NCBI GenBank assembly: GCA_014378465.1
Contig: JACMNQ010000075.1
Coordinates: 64,352 to 128,351 of the forward strand
Origin: Oligoflexia bacterium
Lineage (GTDB): Bacteria > Bdellovibrionota > UBA1018
Reading direction: 5' to 3'
DNA: 64,000 bases
In this document: positions 9,482 through 18,403 of the stretch, in pieces
Position numbering within the stretch: the first letter of the stretch is position 1
How the letters are laid out: every line of letters begins with the position of its first letter
Notes under the pieces: generated by a model
Seen by the model: the letters and a program-made list of their open reading frames with translations, nothing else
The model's database searches: none
Told to the model about the DNA's origin: nothing
Position numbers and translations under genes: made by a program

Positions 9482-12088
9482 ATGGCAGCCAAACTCACCA
9501 GTACCGCACAGGAAGCTTTTCAGCAGGCGCAGGCCGAAGCGATCCGCCGTGACCATCAGGAACTGCATCCGGAGCACCTCCTTCATGCCCTCCTGCAGGC
9601 AGGCGGCTCAACCGCTGATATCGTCGAACTTGCGGGGGTGAAGCCCTCCTTTCTTCTGAGTAAACTTGAAGCCGCGCTCAATCGTCTTCCGAAAGTCAGC
9701 GGAGGAAACGGGCAGATTTACACTTCCAATCTCCTCAGTCGATTGGTGGTCCATGCCGAGGACGAAGCCAAGAAACTCGGGGATGAATACGTTTCTGGAG
9801 AGCATTTTCTCATCGCGCTTCTGTCCTCACAGATGAAATCCTCAGAAGCTGCGAAGATCCTCAAGGACTCTGGACTGGAGCTCAAGCATCTGCAGTCCGC
9901 GATCGAACAAGTGAGGGGCGGAGCCCGAATCGAAGATGAAAATCCCGAAGCCAATTACAAGACGCTTGAAAAATACTGCAGGGATCTGACAGCCGCAGCC
10001 CGAGCGCAGAAGCTGGACCCCGTGATCGGACGCGACGAAGAGATTCGACGAGTGATTCAGGTGCTGTCTCGCCGCACGAAGAACAATCCCGTCCTCATCG
10101 GGGAGCCCGGAGTCGGCAAGACCGCGATCGCCGAAGGCCTGGCGACTCGAATCGTGAACGGGGATGTTCCGGAAACCTTGAAAGACAAGAAGCTCCTGGT
10201 TCTGGATCTCGGAGCCCTGATTGCGGGCGCGAAGTTCCGAGGCGAGTTCGAAGAGCGTCTGAAAGGCGTTCTGAAGGAAGTTCACGCTTCGGCAGGACAG
10301 ATCATTCTCTTCATTGATGAGCTTCACACGCTCGTGGGGGCAGGCGCGGCCGAAGGTTCGATGGACGCTTCGAACATGCTGAAGCCTGCTCTGGCACGCG
10401 GCGAAATTCACTGCATCGGAGCGACGACCCTGAACGAATACCGCAAGCACATTGAAAAGGACGCGGCACTCGAACGCCGCTTTCAGCCTGTGTACGTCAA
10501 GGAGCCGACTGTTGAAGATACCATCAGCATTCTGCGAGGACTCAAGGAGCGCTATGAAGTGCATCACGGAATTTCCATCCGCGATGCGGCTTTGGTCGCT
10601 GCCGCAACCCTTTCCAATCGTTACATCACGGATCGTTTCCTTCCGGACAAGGCCATTGATCTGATGGATGAAGCCTGCGCGAAGCTGCGCATGGAAGTCG
10701 ACTCACGTCCCGAAGTCGTCGATCAGCTCGAGCGCAAGATTCTGCGCTACGAAGTGGAGCGTCAGGCACTGAGAAAGGAACCGGATACCGCTTCGAAGGA
10801 ACGTCTCAAGCATCTTGAAGAGGAAATCGCCACACTCAAGGCTCAGAGCTCCGAACTGAGGGCTCGCTGGGAGCGCGAGAAGAAGGAAGTCGACGAAATC
10901 AAGAATCTCAAGGAACAGCTTGAAAGGATTCGCCTTGAATCCGAGGCGGCTGAACGCACCGGCAATCTCGAAAAGGCAGCCGAACTGAGGTATGGTCAGT
11001 TGCCGGCACTCCAGGCCCAGCTTGACGAGCGCACGAAGAAAGACAGCCGTGGACTGAAGTCGTCGCCGTCTCTCCTCAAGCAGGAAGTCACCGAGAACGA
11101 CATTGCGGATGTGGTCGCGAAATGGACGGGAGTTCCCGTGACTCGAATGCTGGAGAGTGAGCAGCAGAAGCTGATCCATATGGAGGAGCGTCTGGGTCAG
11201 AGAGTAGTCGGGCAGGCACCGGCACTCAAAGCGATCTCCAATGCGGTTCGTCGGTCACGGATCGGGCTGCAGGAAAAGCATCGTCCCATGGGATCATTCA
11301 TGTTCCTGGGTCCGACGGGGGTGGGAAAGACGGAAACTGCCAAGGCACTTGCGAGTTTTCTCTTTGATGACGAGCAGTCGCTCGTTCGCTTTGACATGAG
11401 TGAGTATATGGAAAAGCATTCAGTCGCTCGATTGCTGGGCGCTCCTCCCGGCTATGTCGGGTATGAAGAAGGCGGCAGTCTCACGGAGGCTGTTCGCAGA
11501 AGGCCCTATTCGGTTCTGCTCTTTGACGAGATCGAGAAAGCTCATCCCGATGTTTTCAACGTTTTTCTTCAGATCCTGGACGACGGGCGGGCGACTGACG
11601 GCCAAGGCCGGACTGTCGACTTCACGAACACTCTGATCATCATGACTTCGAACATCGGCAGTCACTTCATCCTCGAAGAAAGTGACGTGAAGAAGCGCGA
11701 TCACGGAGTGATGAAACTCGTGCAACAGCATTTCAAGCCGGAGTTTTTAAACCGAATTGATGAAGTGGTGATCTTCTCTCACCTGGCTGTTGCGCAGATG
11801 CGTTCGATCATTGATCAGTACATTGGAAAACTGAACGAGATGTTGAAAGAGCGAGGAGTGGTGCTGAGCTTTGATCAGAAGGCGCTCGATCTGCTTTCGG
11901 AACGAGGTTACGACCGGGATTACGGAGCAAGACCGATGAAACGCGTGTTTCAGCGCGAAGTTCAAAATGTGCTGGCCCTCAAACTTCTGGAAGGCGCCTG
12001 TCCTCCAGGATCCACTGTTCAAGTCAGCGTGAACAATGGGGAGCTCAGCTTCGAAGCTTCGGAGTTGAGCGGCAAAAAAGTGGGTTAA
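9482..12088 (+). CDS. clpB: ATP-dependent disaggregase ClpB
   Basis: Two AAA+ modules ([16 protein letters not shown]), a middle coiled coil, and the GYVGYEEGG pore loop. Confidence 0.97.
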   Translation: MAAKLTSTAQEAFQQAQAEAIRRDHQELHPEHLLHALLQAGGSTADIVELAGVKPSFLLSKLEAALNRLPKVSGGNGQIYTSNLLSRLVVHAEDEAKKLGDEYVSGEHFLIALLSSQMKSSEAAKILKDSGLELKHLQSAIEQVRGGARIEDENPEANYKTLEKYCRDLTAAARAQKLDPVIGRDEEIRRVIQVLSRRTKNNPVLIGEPGVGKTAIAEGLATRIVNGDVPETLKDKKLLVLDLGALIAGAKFRGEFEERLKGVLKEVHASAGQIILFIDELHTLVGAGAAEGSMDASNMLKPALARGEIHCIGATTLNEYRKHIEKDAALERRFQPVYVKEPTVEDTISILRGLKERYEVHHGISIRDAALVAAATLSNRYITDRFLPDKAIDLMDEACAKLRMEVDSRPEVVDQLERKILRYEVERQALRKEPDTASKERLKHLEEEIATLKAQSSELRARWEREKKEVDEIKNLKEQLERIRLESEAAERTGNLEKAAELRYGQLPALQAQLDERTKKDSRGLKSSPSLLKQEVTENDIADVVAKWTGVPVTRMLESEQQKLIHMEERLGQRVVGQAPALKAISNAVRRSRIGLQEKHRPMGSFMFLGPTGVGKTETAKALASFLFDDEQSLVRFDMSEYMEKHSVARLLGAPPGYVGYEEGGSLTEAVRRRPYSVLLFDEIEKAHPDVFNVFLQILDDGRATDGQGRTVDFTNTLIIMTSNIGSHFILEESDVKKRDHGVMKLVQQHFKPEFLNRIDEVVIFSHLAVAQMRSIIDQYIGKLNEMLKERGVVLSFDQKALDLLSERGYDRDYGARPMKRVFQREVQNVLALKLLEGACPPGSTVQVSVNNGELSFEASELSGKKVG

Positions 12089-12272
12089 ACCGCTGGAAAA
12101 CGGGCAACTCTGTAGACACGCCGAGTTATCAAGGAATTTAACTGTGGATTGGCGTGCATCATATCTATGACAAATGGCCTATTTGGAGTGGATATTCATT
12201 TCCTCCCCCGGGCTTTTATGGAAGGATGGGCAGAACGTCAAGTTTTGTATCACTTCCAAGTGCAGGGGAAAA

Positions 12273-12581
12273 ATGGATATCACAGAGATTAAAATCTTTC
12301 CGGTCAACGAAGATAAGCTGAAAGCTTATATCACGATCGTGTTGGATAACTGTTTTGTGGTGCGAGATCTCAAGATCATCAGCGGGAACGGCGGACTCTT
12401 TGTGGCCATGCCGAGCAAACGCCGAAAAGACGGCGTTTTCAAAGACATCGCACATCCTCTCAATCAAGGCACTCGTACCGTCATGGAAAATAAAATTCTC
12501 GACGCTTACCTCGCTGAAATCAAGCGCTTGGGGAAACCGGTCACCCAGACTGCAGATCAGGCTGAAAGAGAAGATTCCTAG
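12273..12581 (+). CDS. spoVG: Septation regulator SpoVG
   Basis: MDITEIKI...LKAY.TIVLDNCFVVRDLKII.GNGGLFVAMPS...DG.FKDIAHP; ATG after an AGGGG Shine-Dalgarno. Confidence 0.95.
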   Translation: MDITEIKIFPVNEDKLKAYITIVLDNCFVVRDLKIISGNGGLFVAMPSKRRKDGVFKDIAHPLNQGTRTVMENKILDAYLAEIKRLGKPVTQTADQAEREDS

Positions 12582-12591
12582 AATCCACCGT

Positions 12592-12620
12592 TTGCTCCGC
12601 CCTATGACCTGTGTTACGAT
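12592..12620 (+). promoter_or_regulatory. Sigma-70-type promoter of tRNA-Gln
   Basis: TTGCTC-N17-TACGAT with an extended -10 TG. Confidence 0.55.
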
Positions 12621-12633
12621 CTACGAGTCGTAT

Positions 12634-12710
12634 TGGCCTGTAGACAAGTGGCTTAAGTCACTGGATTTTGATTCCAGCATTCCTAGGTTCGAATCCTAGC
12701 AGGCCAGCCA
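12634..12710 (+). tRNA. tRNA-Gln (anticodon TTG)
   Basis: Acceptor stem TGGCCTG/CAGGCCA; anticodon arm CTGGA-TTTTGAT-TCCAG; T arm CTAGG-TTCGAAT-CCTAG; encoded CCA. Confidence 0.96.
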
Positions 12711-12717
12711 ATTCACG

Positions 12718-12752
12718 AAAAAAGCCTCGCTCTTCCGGAGCGAGGCTTTTTT
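12718..12752. terminator. Bidirectional Rho-independent terminator
   Basis: AAAAAAGCCTCGCTC-ttccg-GAGCGAGGCTTTTTT between the tRNA and a convergent gene. Confidence 0.9.
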
Positions 12753-12785
12753 ATTTTGTGGATTTCATTTCCCGCGGAAACGAAA

Positions 12786-13283
12786 TCAGTTCGTTGGAAC
12801 GGAACCTGCCTGTTGATCCAGCTGGCTCTGTCCCCTGTTCAATTCGTCTTTTTTCTGCTGAATCTTGGCCTGGGACTTTTCAAGGTCCTGAAGCTCCTTG
12901 GCATTTTTCGCACGGAGATTGTTCACTTCCTGGGTGTAGGCGCTCTGGTAAGGGGGAACTTTGTCCTTCATGCAGATTGAGTCATTCTTGCCGTCCTTGA
13001 CGTCGTTTTTAGCGCGCCCGGCATCACAGTAGTTGGCAAGTCCGACTTGGCGACCGTAGTTGTATTTGTCTTCCGCAATGGCGACGCCCTGGCCACTGCA
13101 TTGACCTTTCATCTGCTGAAGGCGGTCCGTGGTCTTGCCGTCTTTGCCGTCTTCAAGGCCCATCTGGTAGAAGTCTGCGGATTCACAGTCTTGCTTGGAC
13201 ATGCCGTGTGAACAGGCGGTGAGGCCCATGAGTCCGGTGAGTGCGAGAGTGAGCAAAGAGCGAGTGGTCAATGAGGTAGTCAT
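12786..13283 (-). CDS. DUF2799 lipoprotein
   Basis: Lipobox LTAC; MSK.DC..ADF...G..DG..G...C...G...Y..G...GL..YC; C-terminal coiled coil. Confidence 0.75.
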   Translation of the reverse strand: MTTSLTTRSLLTLALTGLMGLTACSHGMSKQDCESADFYQMGLEDGKDGKTTDRLQQMKGQCSGQGVAIAEDKYNYGRQVGLANYCDAGRAKNDVKDGKNDSICMKDKVPPYQSAYTQEVNNLRAKNAKELQDLEKSQAKIQQKKDELNRGQSQLDQQAGSVPTN

Positions 13284-13370
13284 GTTGATTTCCAATCGGG
13301 ATGGAGGTGATGGATGCAGATCTCAAGGGCCATTATCGGCTGATTGAGGCTCTGCAAGGTTGCTGAAAGT

Positions 13371-13991
13371 TCATGGACACTGTCTGACAGTGGCCGAAGA
13401 ATGAAGGCGGCAGTTCGGCGGAAGTGCACAGACGCTGCCTGAAAAGCCGGTCGGAGCCTTGCCTTTGGAGAGATTCCAGAGGGTATCGACCTGAATGACC
13501 GCGTGATCGAGGTCAGTGCAATCCACTGCACCGGCCAGATCGAGCGTGGGAAACGCGGTACAGCCCGGAGTCCCGGTCGCGCCCCTGATGCCGACGCTTC
13601 CGACCGTGTTGTCGGTGATCGAAAGATTGAAGGTCCCATTCGGAAGCATTTTGAAATTTCCGTCGATTTTACCATTTCCATCCTTGGACCGGACCGTGAT
13701 CGAGAGTTTCTTGCAGTCAGCCTGAAACAGGAAACCCGAAGGGGCCTGGCTGAGCTCGATGAACTGCGCAGGGGTATCACATTCGAGAGCTCCCATCTTG
13801 GCCGGAGCGGCGTCCGGGAGCGTCCCCAGAGTGCATTGGGATCCGAAATAGGTAGTCCCTTTGACGACCTTTTCGCCATCCACTGGGGCGATTTCCCCGT
13901 CCACGGTCTGCTTGCCGCAACCGGAGTAAACGAGAGCCGAAGACAACATTCCCATTCCCCAGATCATGTGCCGAAGCATCTGACTTTTCAT
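13371..13991 (-). CDS. Cys-rich hypothetical lipoprotein
   Basis: Lipobox YSGC plus 8 further Cys residues. Start codon uncertain (the ORF opens at 14051). Confidence 0.55.
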   Translation of the reverse strand: MKSQMLRHMIWGMGMLSSALVYSGCGKQTVDGEIAPVDGEKVVKGTTYFGSQCTLGTLPDAAPAKMGALECDTPAQFIELSQAPSGFLFQADCKKLSITVRSKDGNGKIDGNFKMLPNGTFNLSITDNTVGSVGIRGATGTPGCTAFPTLDLAGAVDCTDLDHAVIQVDTLWNLSKGKAPTGFSGSVCALPPNCRLHSSATVRQCP

Positions 13992-14236
13992 GGGCAGCGA
14001 AGATTGCAAAAGCGGAGCCAGACGACCGGCTGATTTCCGTTTTCCCGCCATTGCTCGTCTGGGCGGGGATCACACTGGAGGGGTGGGAAGGAGCAGGGAT
14101 GCCTGCCTTTCAAAAGTTTCTCAAGCAATGGTTGTGCATTGTAAAATGCTTGAACGTGCAGACTCAACGAGAAAACCTGGAATAACGCAATGCATGAGCT
14201 CTGATTCCAGAGCACTTTCGAGAAGGTTCATGTGTT

Positions 14237-14839
14237 ATGCTTTTTCAATACCCTCCCGAGGAAGTTATGGTCCGTTCTCGAAAATCAACGCTGACTTTTG
14301 ATTCTCTTTTCTTTGCCACCCCTGAGCAGAAGATCATGAGATTTCTTTTCAATTCGCCCACCACCTCTTTTCCGATTCGCGCCATGTCCACTCGTCTGAA
14401 AGGAGTCAGGGGGTTGGGAGGAGCGGAAGGGCTGACGAAAATTCTGACCGAACTGCACGAAGCCGGAATGGTCAGCTTTGTGGACCATGACCGGGCCGTA
14501 AGGCTGGTGGACGATCACTGTTATGTGCAGGTGCTCAAGACGTTCTCCGCCCTCTGCGATCTTGAAGGTCTGAAGGCCTCACTTGAACCAATTTCCTCCA
14601 AGGGAATTCTCTTCGGAAGCCACGCTCAGGGCCGGGCCTGCACCGACGCCGAGTACGATCTCTTCGTCGTGACGTCGATTCCCGAAGAAGTCAGAAAAAC
14701 GGCTTCCCATCATCCTCTCGGAAAACTGATCGCGCTGACAGCCTGGACTCCCGAGCACTATCAGGACATGGAAAAAAAGGACAAGAAGCTCGCCTTGAAA
14801 CTCGCGACCGGAATTGTCCTCTGGGGTGAGTCGTGGTGA
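14237..14839 (+). CDS. Winged-HTH plus minimal nucleotidyltransferase (Pol-beta/MNT family)
   Basis: N-terminal KIMRFLF..P...F..R....L...L.EL.EAGMV resembles a wHTH. C-terminal ILFGSHAQG....DAEYDLFVV matches GS.ARG...DxD. Alternative start at 14267. Confidence 0.75.
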   Translation: MLFQYPPEEVMVRSRKSTLTFDSLFFATPEQKIMRFLFNSPTTSFPIRAMSTRLKGVRGLGGAEGLTKILTELHEAGMVSFVDHDRAVRLVDDHCYVQVLKTFSALCDLEGLKASLEPISSKGILFGSHAQGRACTDAEYDLFVVTSIPEEVRKTASHHPLGKLIALTAWTPEHYQDMEKKDKKLALKLATGIVLWGESW

Positions 14840-15477
14840 ACTGGTGTCCGACTTGCCGAAAATCCGCTTCTGCAGTCACTTCTGAGACCGTGAGAAGTTC
14901 GGCCTTCTACCTCAAGTTTGATTTCAGCCGGGAGGCGCTCAAGATTTTTCCGGAAGTCGCGGCGATCATGAAGACTGAAGGGGCCTATAAGGTTTCTGCC
15001 GTGGTATGGATGACGCCACTCGACACTCTGGTCCAGGTGACCGGTCTCGCTTTTCATCCTTCCGCGATGTACGTCGCGGTCAAAGCCCCCACTCTGGAAG
15101 GCACCGAGATCTGGATCGGCGCGCTGAAGCTGCAGGAGAATTTTGAAAGGGCGGGAGGCTCTGAGAAGATCTCACGTCCTCTCCTCACTTTTTCTTCCGG
15201 GAAACTTGAAGGACTGCAGCTGAAAAATCCTCTGACCAGTGAACTCGTGACCCTAGTGAAGAGCGATCAGGTTCCACTGGAGCAGGGGAGTGGTTTTGTC
15301 AGTTTCGCAGGCGACGCCACGGGGTCGTGGATGCAGCTGGGTCCCTCTACGACAGAATCCGCCGAAGTCCTCGAAGAACTGCGCGATTCGGGCAAGCTCG
15401 TTCAGCAAACTCCGCTCGAACAGAAGGTTTTCCGTTGCGGAACCTGTCAGAATCAGACGGTATTACGTTTTACTTAG
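14833..15477 (+). CDS. Free-standing CP1 (editing) domain of isoleucyl-tRNA synthetase, degenerate
   Basis: Collinear with the IleRS insert: VNWCPTC, VVWMTPLDTL (WTTTPWTL), GKLEGL..KNPL, DQVPLEQGSGFV (DHVTLEAGTG.VH), L.EL..SG.L, RCGTC....LRFT (HCWRC..P.IFRAT). No HIGH or KMSKS. Directly upstream of lspA. Confidence 0.75.
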   Translation: MVNWCPTCRKSASAVTSETVRSSAFYLKFDFSREALKIFPEVAAIMKTEGAYKVSAVVWMTPLDTLVQVTGLAFHPSAMYVAVKAPTLEGTEIWIGALKLQENFERAGGSEKISRPLLTFSSGKLEGLQLKNPLTSELVTLVKSDQVPLEQGSGFVSFAGDATGSWMQLGPSTTESAEVLEELRDSGKLVQQTPLEQKVFRCGTCQNQTVLRFT

Positions 15478-15516
15478 TCCCACTTGGGCGTTATCTTAGC
15501 GTTTGGAGAGTTCATC

Positions 15517-16080
15517 ATGAATCGAAAGTATTTATTTCTGGGAAGTTTGACGGGCAGCGTGGTGATCCTGGATCAAGTCACGAAGTACCTCATTCATCAC
15601 AAGTTTCGTCTGGGCGAGAGCATTCCCATGATCCAGAATTTCTTTCATCTCACCTATGTAAGAAACACGGGAGCCGCCTTTGGCCTTCTGGCTGATGCGA
15701 ACCCCGCCTTCCGAGTTCCCTTCTTCGTGATCGTTCCGATCGTGGCGCTTGCCGCGATCGCCTACATCTTCAAGAAGATCCCGGCGGATGACATCAAGCT
15801 GTCCTGCGCACTTTCCCTTGTGGTGGGCGGCGCCGTCGGCAATCTGATCGACCGCGTGTACTTCGGCTTCGTGATCGATTTTCTGGACTTCTTCATCGGA
15901 GTCAATCATTTCCCGGCCTTCAACGTCGCGGACTCCGCAATCTGCGTGGGTGTGGGCCTTCTGATGCTCGACCTCCTCGTTCAGCAGCAACCGGTGTCGA
16001 CCACCACGAGTCCGTCTGATGGCACGAACGACACTGCCTCGAAAAGCGTGAAAGACACTCATGTTTCCTCTTCTCTTTAA
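15517..16080 (+). CDS. lspA: Lipoprotein signal peptidase II
   Basis: Motifs LDQVTK, NTGAAFG, GGAVGNLIDR..FG.VIDF.D, PAFNVAD. Confidence 0.96.
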   Translation: MNRKYLFLGSLTGSVVILDQVTKYLIHHKFRLGESIPMIQNFFHLTYVRNTGAAFGLLADANPAFRVPFFVIVPIVALAAIAYIFKKIPADDIKLSCALSLVVGGAVGNLIDRVYFGFVIDFLDFFIGVNHFPAFNVADSAICVGVGLLMLDLLVQQQPVSTTTSPSDGTNDTASKSVKDTHVSSSL

Positions 16081-16864
16081 AATCGGCCCGATCCCGATCC
16101 ACACTTACGGATTTCTGATCGCCGTGGGTTTTCTGATTGCCGTGAGCGTGATCAAGCGACTCACCCTTCGAACTGGACTCAATGAAGAGCGAGTGCTCGA
16201 TCTCACGTTCTGGTCCCTGGCAGTCGGCTTCGTTGGAGCTCGCCTGCTGTTCGTCATCACCCGTTTGAACTCATTCATGGCGGATCCGGCCTCCATTCTC
16301 CGGGTGTGGGAAGGCGGCCTTGTGTTTTTCGGCGGGCCACTCGCCGTGGTGCCCTTCCTCATCTGGTATGTTCGCAAATACAAACTTCCGGTCTGGAAGG
16401 TGATGGACATCTTCGCTCCGGGTCTCGTGATCGCCCATGCTTTCGGCCGACTGGGCTGCCTCGCCGCGGGCTGCTGTTATGGCAAACCGACTGATATGCC
16501 CTGGGGGATCCGCCTTCATTCAGATCTCGTGGATCGGACGATGCAGGATATCCCTCTGCACCCGACTCAGCTTTACGAGTCCTTTGCTCTCATCATCCTC
16601 TTCTTCGGTCTGATGCAGGTTTTCAGGAAAAAGACTTTTGACGGACAGGTCGTGCTGACTTATTTCATCGTCTATCCGATCATCCGGAGCGTCGTGGAAG
16701 TTTTTCGCGGAGACCTGATCCGAGGCTTCGTCATTGACGACCTTCTTTCGACGAGCCAGTTCATTTCGCTCATCGTCTTCATCCTGGGACTGGTGGCACT
16801 CATGTACCGACTCAAGAAGGTGCATCCTGAAGTCACGCGTGTGAATGCCGGTGCGAATGTATGA
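16061..16864 (+). CDS. lgt: Prolipoprotein diacylglyceryl transferase
   Basis: Motifs GARL, WEGGLVFFGG, GRLGC..AGCCYG, HPTQLYE, R.VVE.FRGD. Confidence 0.95.
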   Translation: MFPLLFKIGPIPIHTYGFLIAVGFLIAVSVIKRLTLRTGLNEERVLDLTFWSLAVGFVGARLLFVITRLNSFMADPASILRVWEGGLVFFGGPLAVVPFLIWYVRKYKLPVWKVMDIFAPGLVIAHAFGRLGCLAAGCCYGKPTDMPWGIRLHSDLVDRTMQDIPLHPTQLYESFALIILFFGLMQVFRKKTFDGQVVLTYFIVYPIIRSVVEVFRGDLIRGFVIDDLLSTSQFISLIVFILGLVALMYRLKKVHPEVTRVNAGANV

Positions 16865-17514
16865 ATGGCACCTTGAGCTCCCTGAACTCTCCGCACTCAG
16901 CCATCATTCTGGTCATCGCTTTTCTGCTGGGCTCAATTCCTTTCGGGCTGCTGGTGGCACGTCTGTTTCAGGTCAAGGATCTCTCCTCCCGGGGGAGCGG
17001 CAATATCGGAGCGACCAATGTGAGTCGAGTGCTGGGCTTCTGGCCTGCAGGTGCGATGACTCTGGCACTGGACATGTTCAAGGGGATGCTCCCCGTGATT
17101 CTGCTCCTTCCGCCCGTCCTTGCAATCTGGGCAGATGCAGCTGGACTGCCGAGTACTGAGGTTTCGCCCATGCTGATCTGGGCGACCGGCCTCGCGGCGG
17201 TTCTTGGCCATTGCTACTCACCGTGGTTGAAGTTCAAGGGAGGCAAAGGAGTCGCGACCGGTTTCGGAGTGCTCCTCATTCTCTCGCCCTGGAGCGCGCT
17301 CACCGGCTTCGCGGCGTTCGTGATCACCTTTCTTTCCAGGAGAACGGGCTCCCTCTCCAGTCTGGCTGGCCTGATGGTCGCGTCGATCACCCATCTCATT
17401 CTCTATTCCACCGCCGGCTACCTGTGGTTCGGAGCGCTGCTCATTCTGGTGATTCTGATTCGCCATGAGTCCAACCTGAACGCGCTTCTTGAGAGCCGTG
17501 AAAAAACTTTCTAA
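16861..17514 (+). CDS. plsY: Glycerol-3-phosphate acyltransferase
   Basis: Motifs GSIPFG, GSGNIGATN.SR, D..KG, GHC.SP..KFKGGKGVAT, RH.SN...L. Confidence 0.95.
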   Translation: MNGTLSSLNSPHSAIILVIAFLLGSIPFGLLVARLFQVKDLSSRGSGNIGATNVSRVLGFWPAGAMTLALDMFKGMLPVILLLPPVLAIWADAAGLPSTEVSPMLIWATGLAAVLGHCYSPWLKFKGGKGVATGFGVLLILSPWSALTGFAAFVITFLSRRTGSLSSLAGLMVASITHLILYSTAGYLWFGALLILVILIRHESNLNALLESREKTF

Positions 17515-18403
17515 TAGACGGATTTTTTTCGCAGTCCTGGTCCTGGCCAGTGCTCTCGGCTGTGGCAGGTGTGAAGCCGTGGAAATTGTGGATTCCACCG
17601 GGGCAAAAATCAAAGTTCCCACCCATGCCGAGCGAGTGGTGACCCTGGCTCCCTCTTTATCTGAACTTGTGGTTGAACTTTCCAGCTCACCTTCCGTCGC
17701 ACTCAAGCGCCTGGTGGGCGTGAGCGAATTCTCGGACTTTCCGCCCGAAGTGAAAAAGGTCCGCCAGGTGGGGCCCTATTACCGAGTTCATCTCGAAGCT
17801 GTTCTCGGACTGAGGCCGGATCTCGTGCTCGCGACTTCGGATGGAAACTCGCAGGAGCAGGTCTCGAGACTCCGCGAAGCGGGAGTTCCCGTGGTTGTCG
17901 TGGCGACTCAGAGCCTGAAAGGGATTGAAGAGTCGATCTCGCTCGTGGCTCAGGCACTGGGGGAACGACCACGCGGAGAAGTGATGTTGACGAAACTTCG
18001 AAGCGGGCTTGCGGACATTCGGAAGCGCAACCAGTCTCGCACTCACCCGAAGGTTCTGCTCCAGGTGGGTGATGAACCTCTTGTGGTCGCTGGAGGAAAA
18101 TCCTTTCTCCACGAAGCTCTCGAAACCGTCGGAGCAGTCAATGTCTATGCGGACGCTCAGCAGGCCTATCCCAAACCTTCGCTCGAAGACGCCCTTCGAA
18201 GAAACGCCGACACCATTCTGGTTCTGGCCATGACCGATGATCTCAATCCGTATCAGAAGTTTGCAAGGAAATGGGAAGCCTTTCCTTCCGTATCCGCCGT
18301 GAAAAATCACCGGATCAAAGTGATCCAGGGGGATCGCATCCTTCGTCCGACTTTGCGACTGCTGGATGGCCTGAAGGAACTGGAGAAAGCGATCCGTGAA
18401 TAA
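17489..18403 (+). CDS. btuF: BtuF-like cobalamin/iron-chelate periplasmic binding protein
   Basis: Motifs RVVTLAPSLSE, VGVSEFSDFP, E.VL.L.PDLV, RPT.RLL.G. Start may be the GTG at 17498. Confidence 0.7.
   Translation: MRAVKKLSNRRIFFAVLVLASALGCGRCEAVEIVDSTGAKIKVPTHAERVVTLAPSLSELVVELSSSPSVALKRLVGVSEFSDFPPEVKKVRQVGPYYRVHLEAVLGLRPDLVLATSDGNSQEQVSRLREAGVPVVVVATQSLKGIEESISLVAQALGERPRGEVMLTKLRSGLADIRKRNQSRTHPKVLLQVGDEPLVVAGGKSFLHEALETVGAVNVYADAQQAYPKPSLEDALRRNADTILVLAMTDDLNPYQKFARKWEAFPSVSAVKNHRIKVIQGDRILRPTLRLLDGLKELEKAIRE

Noticed and set aside
12634-14236. Integrative island at tRNA-Gln
   Set aside because: No integrase and no duplicated tRNA 3' end noticed.
14237-15477. Single frameshifted ileS gene
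   Set aside because: The upstream ORF is wHTH-MNT rather than the IleRS HIGH domain, and there is no room for the KMSKS or anticodon domains before lspA.
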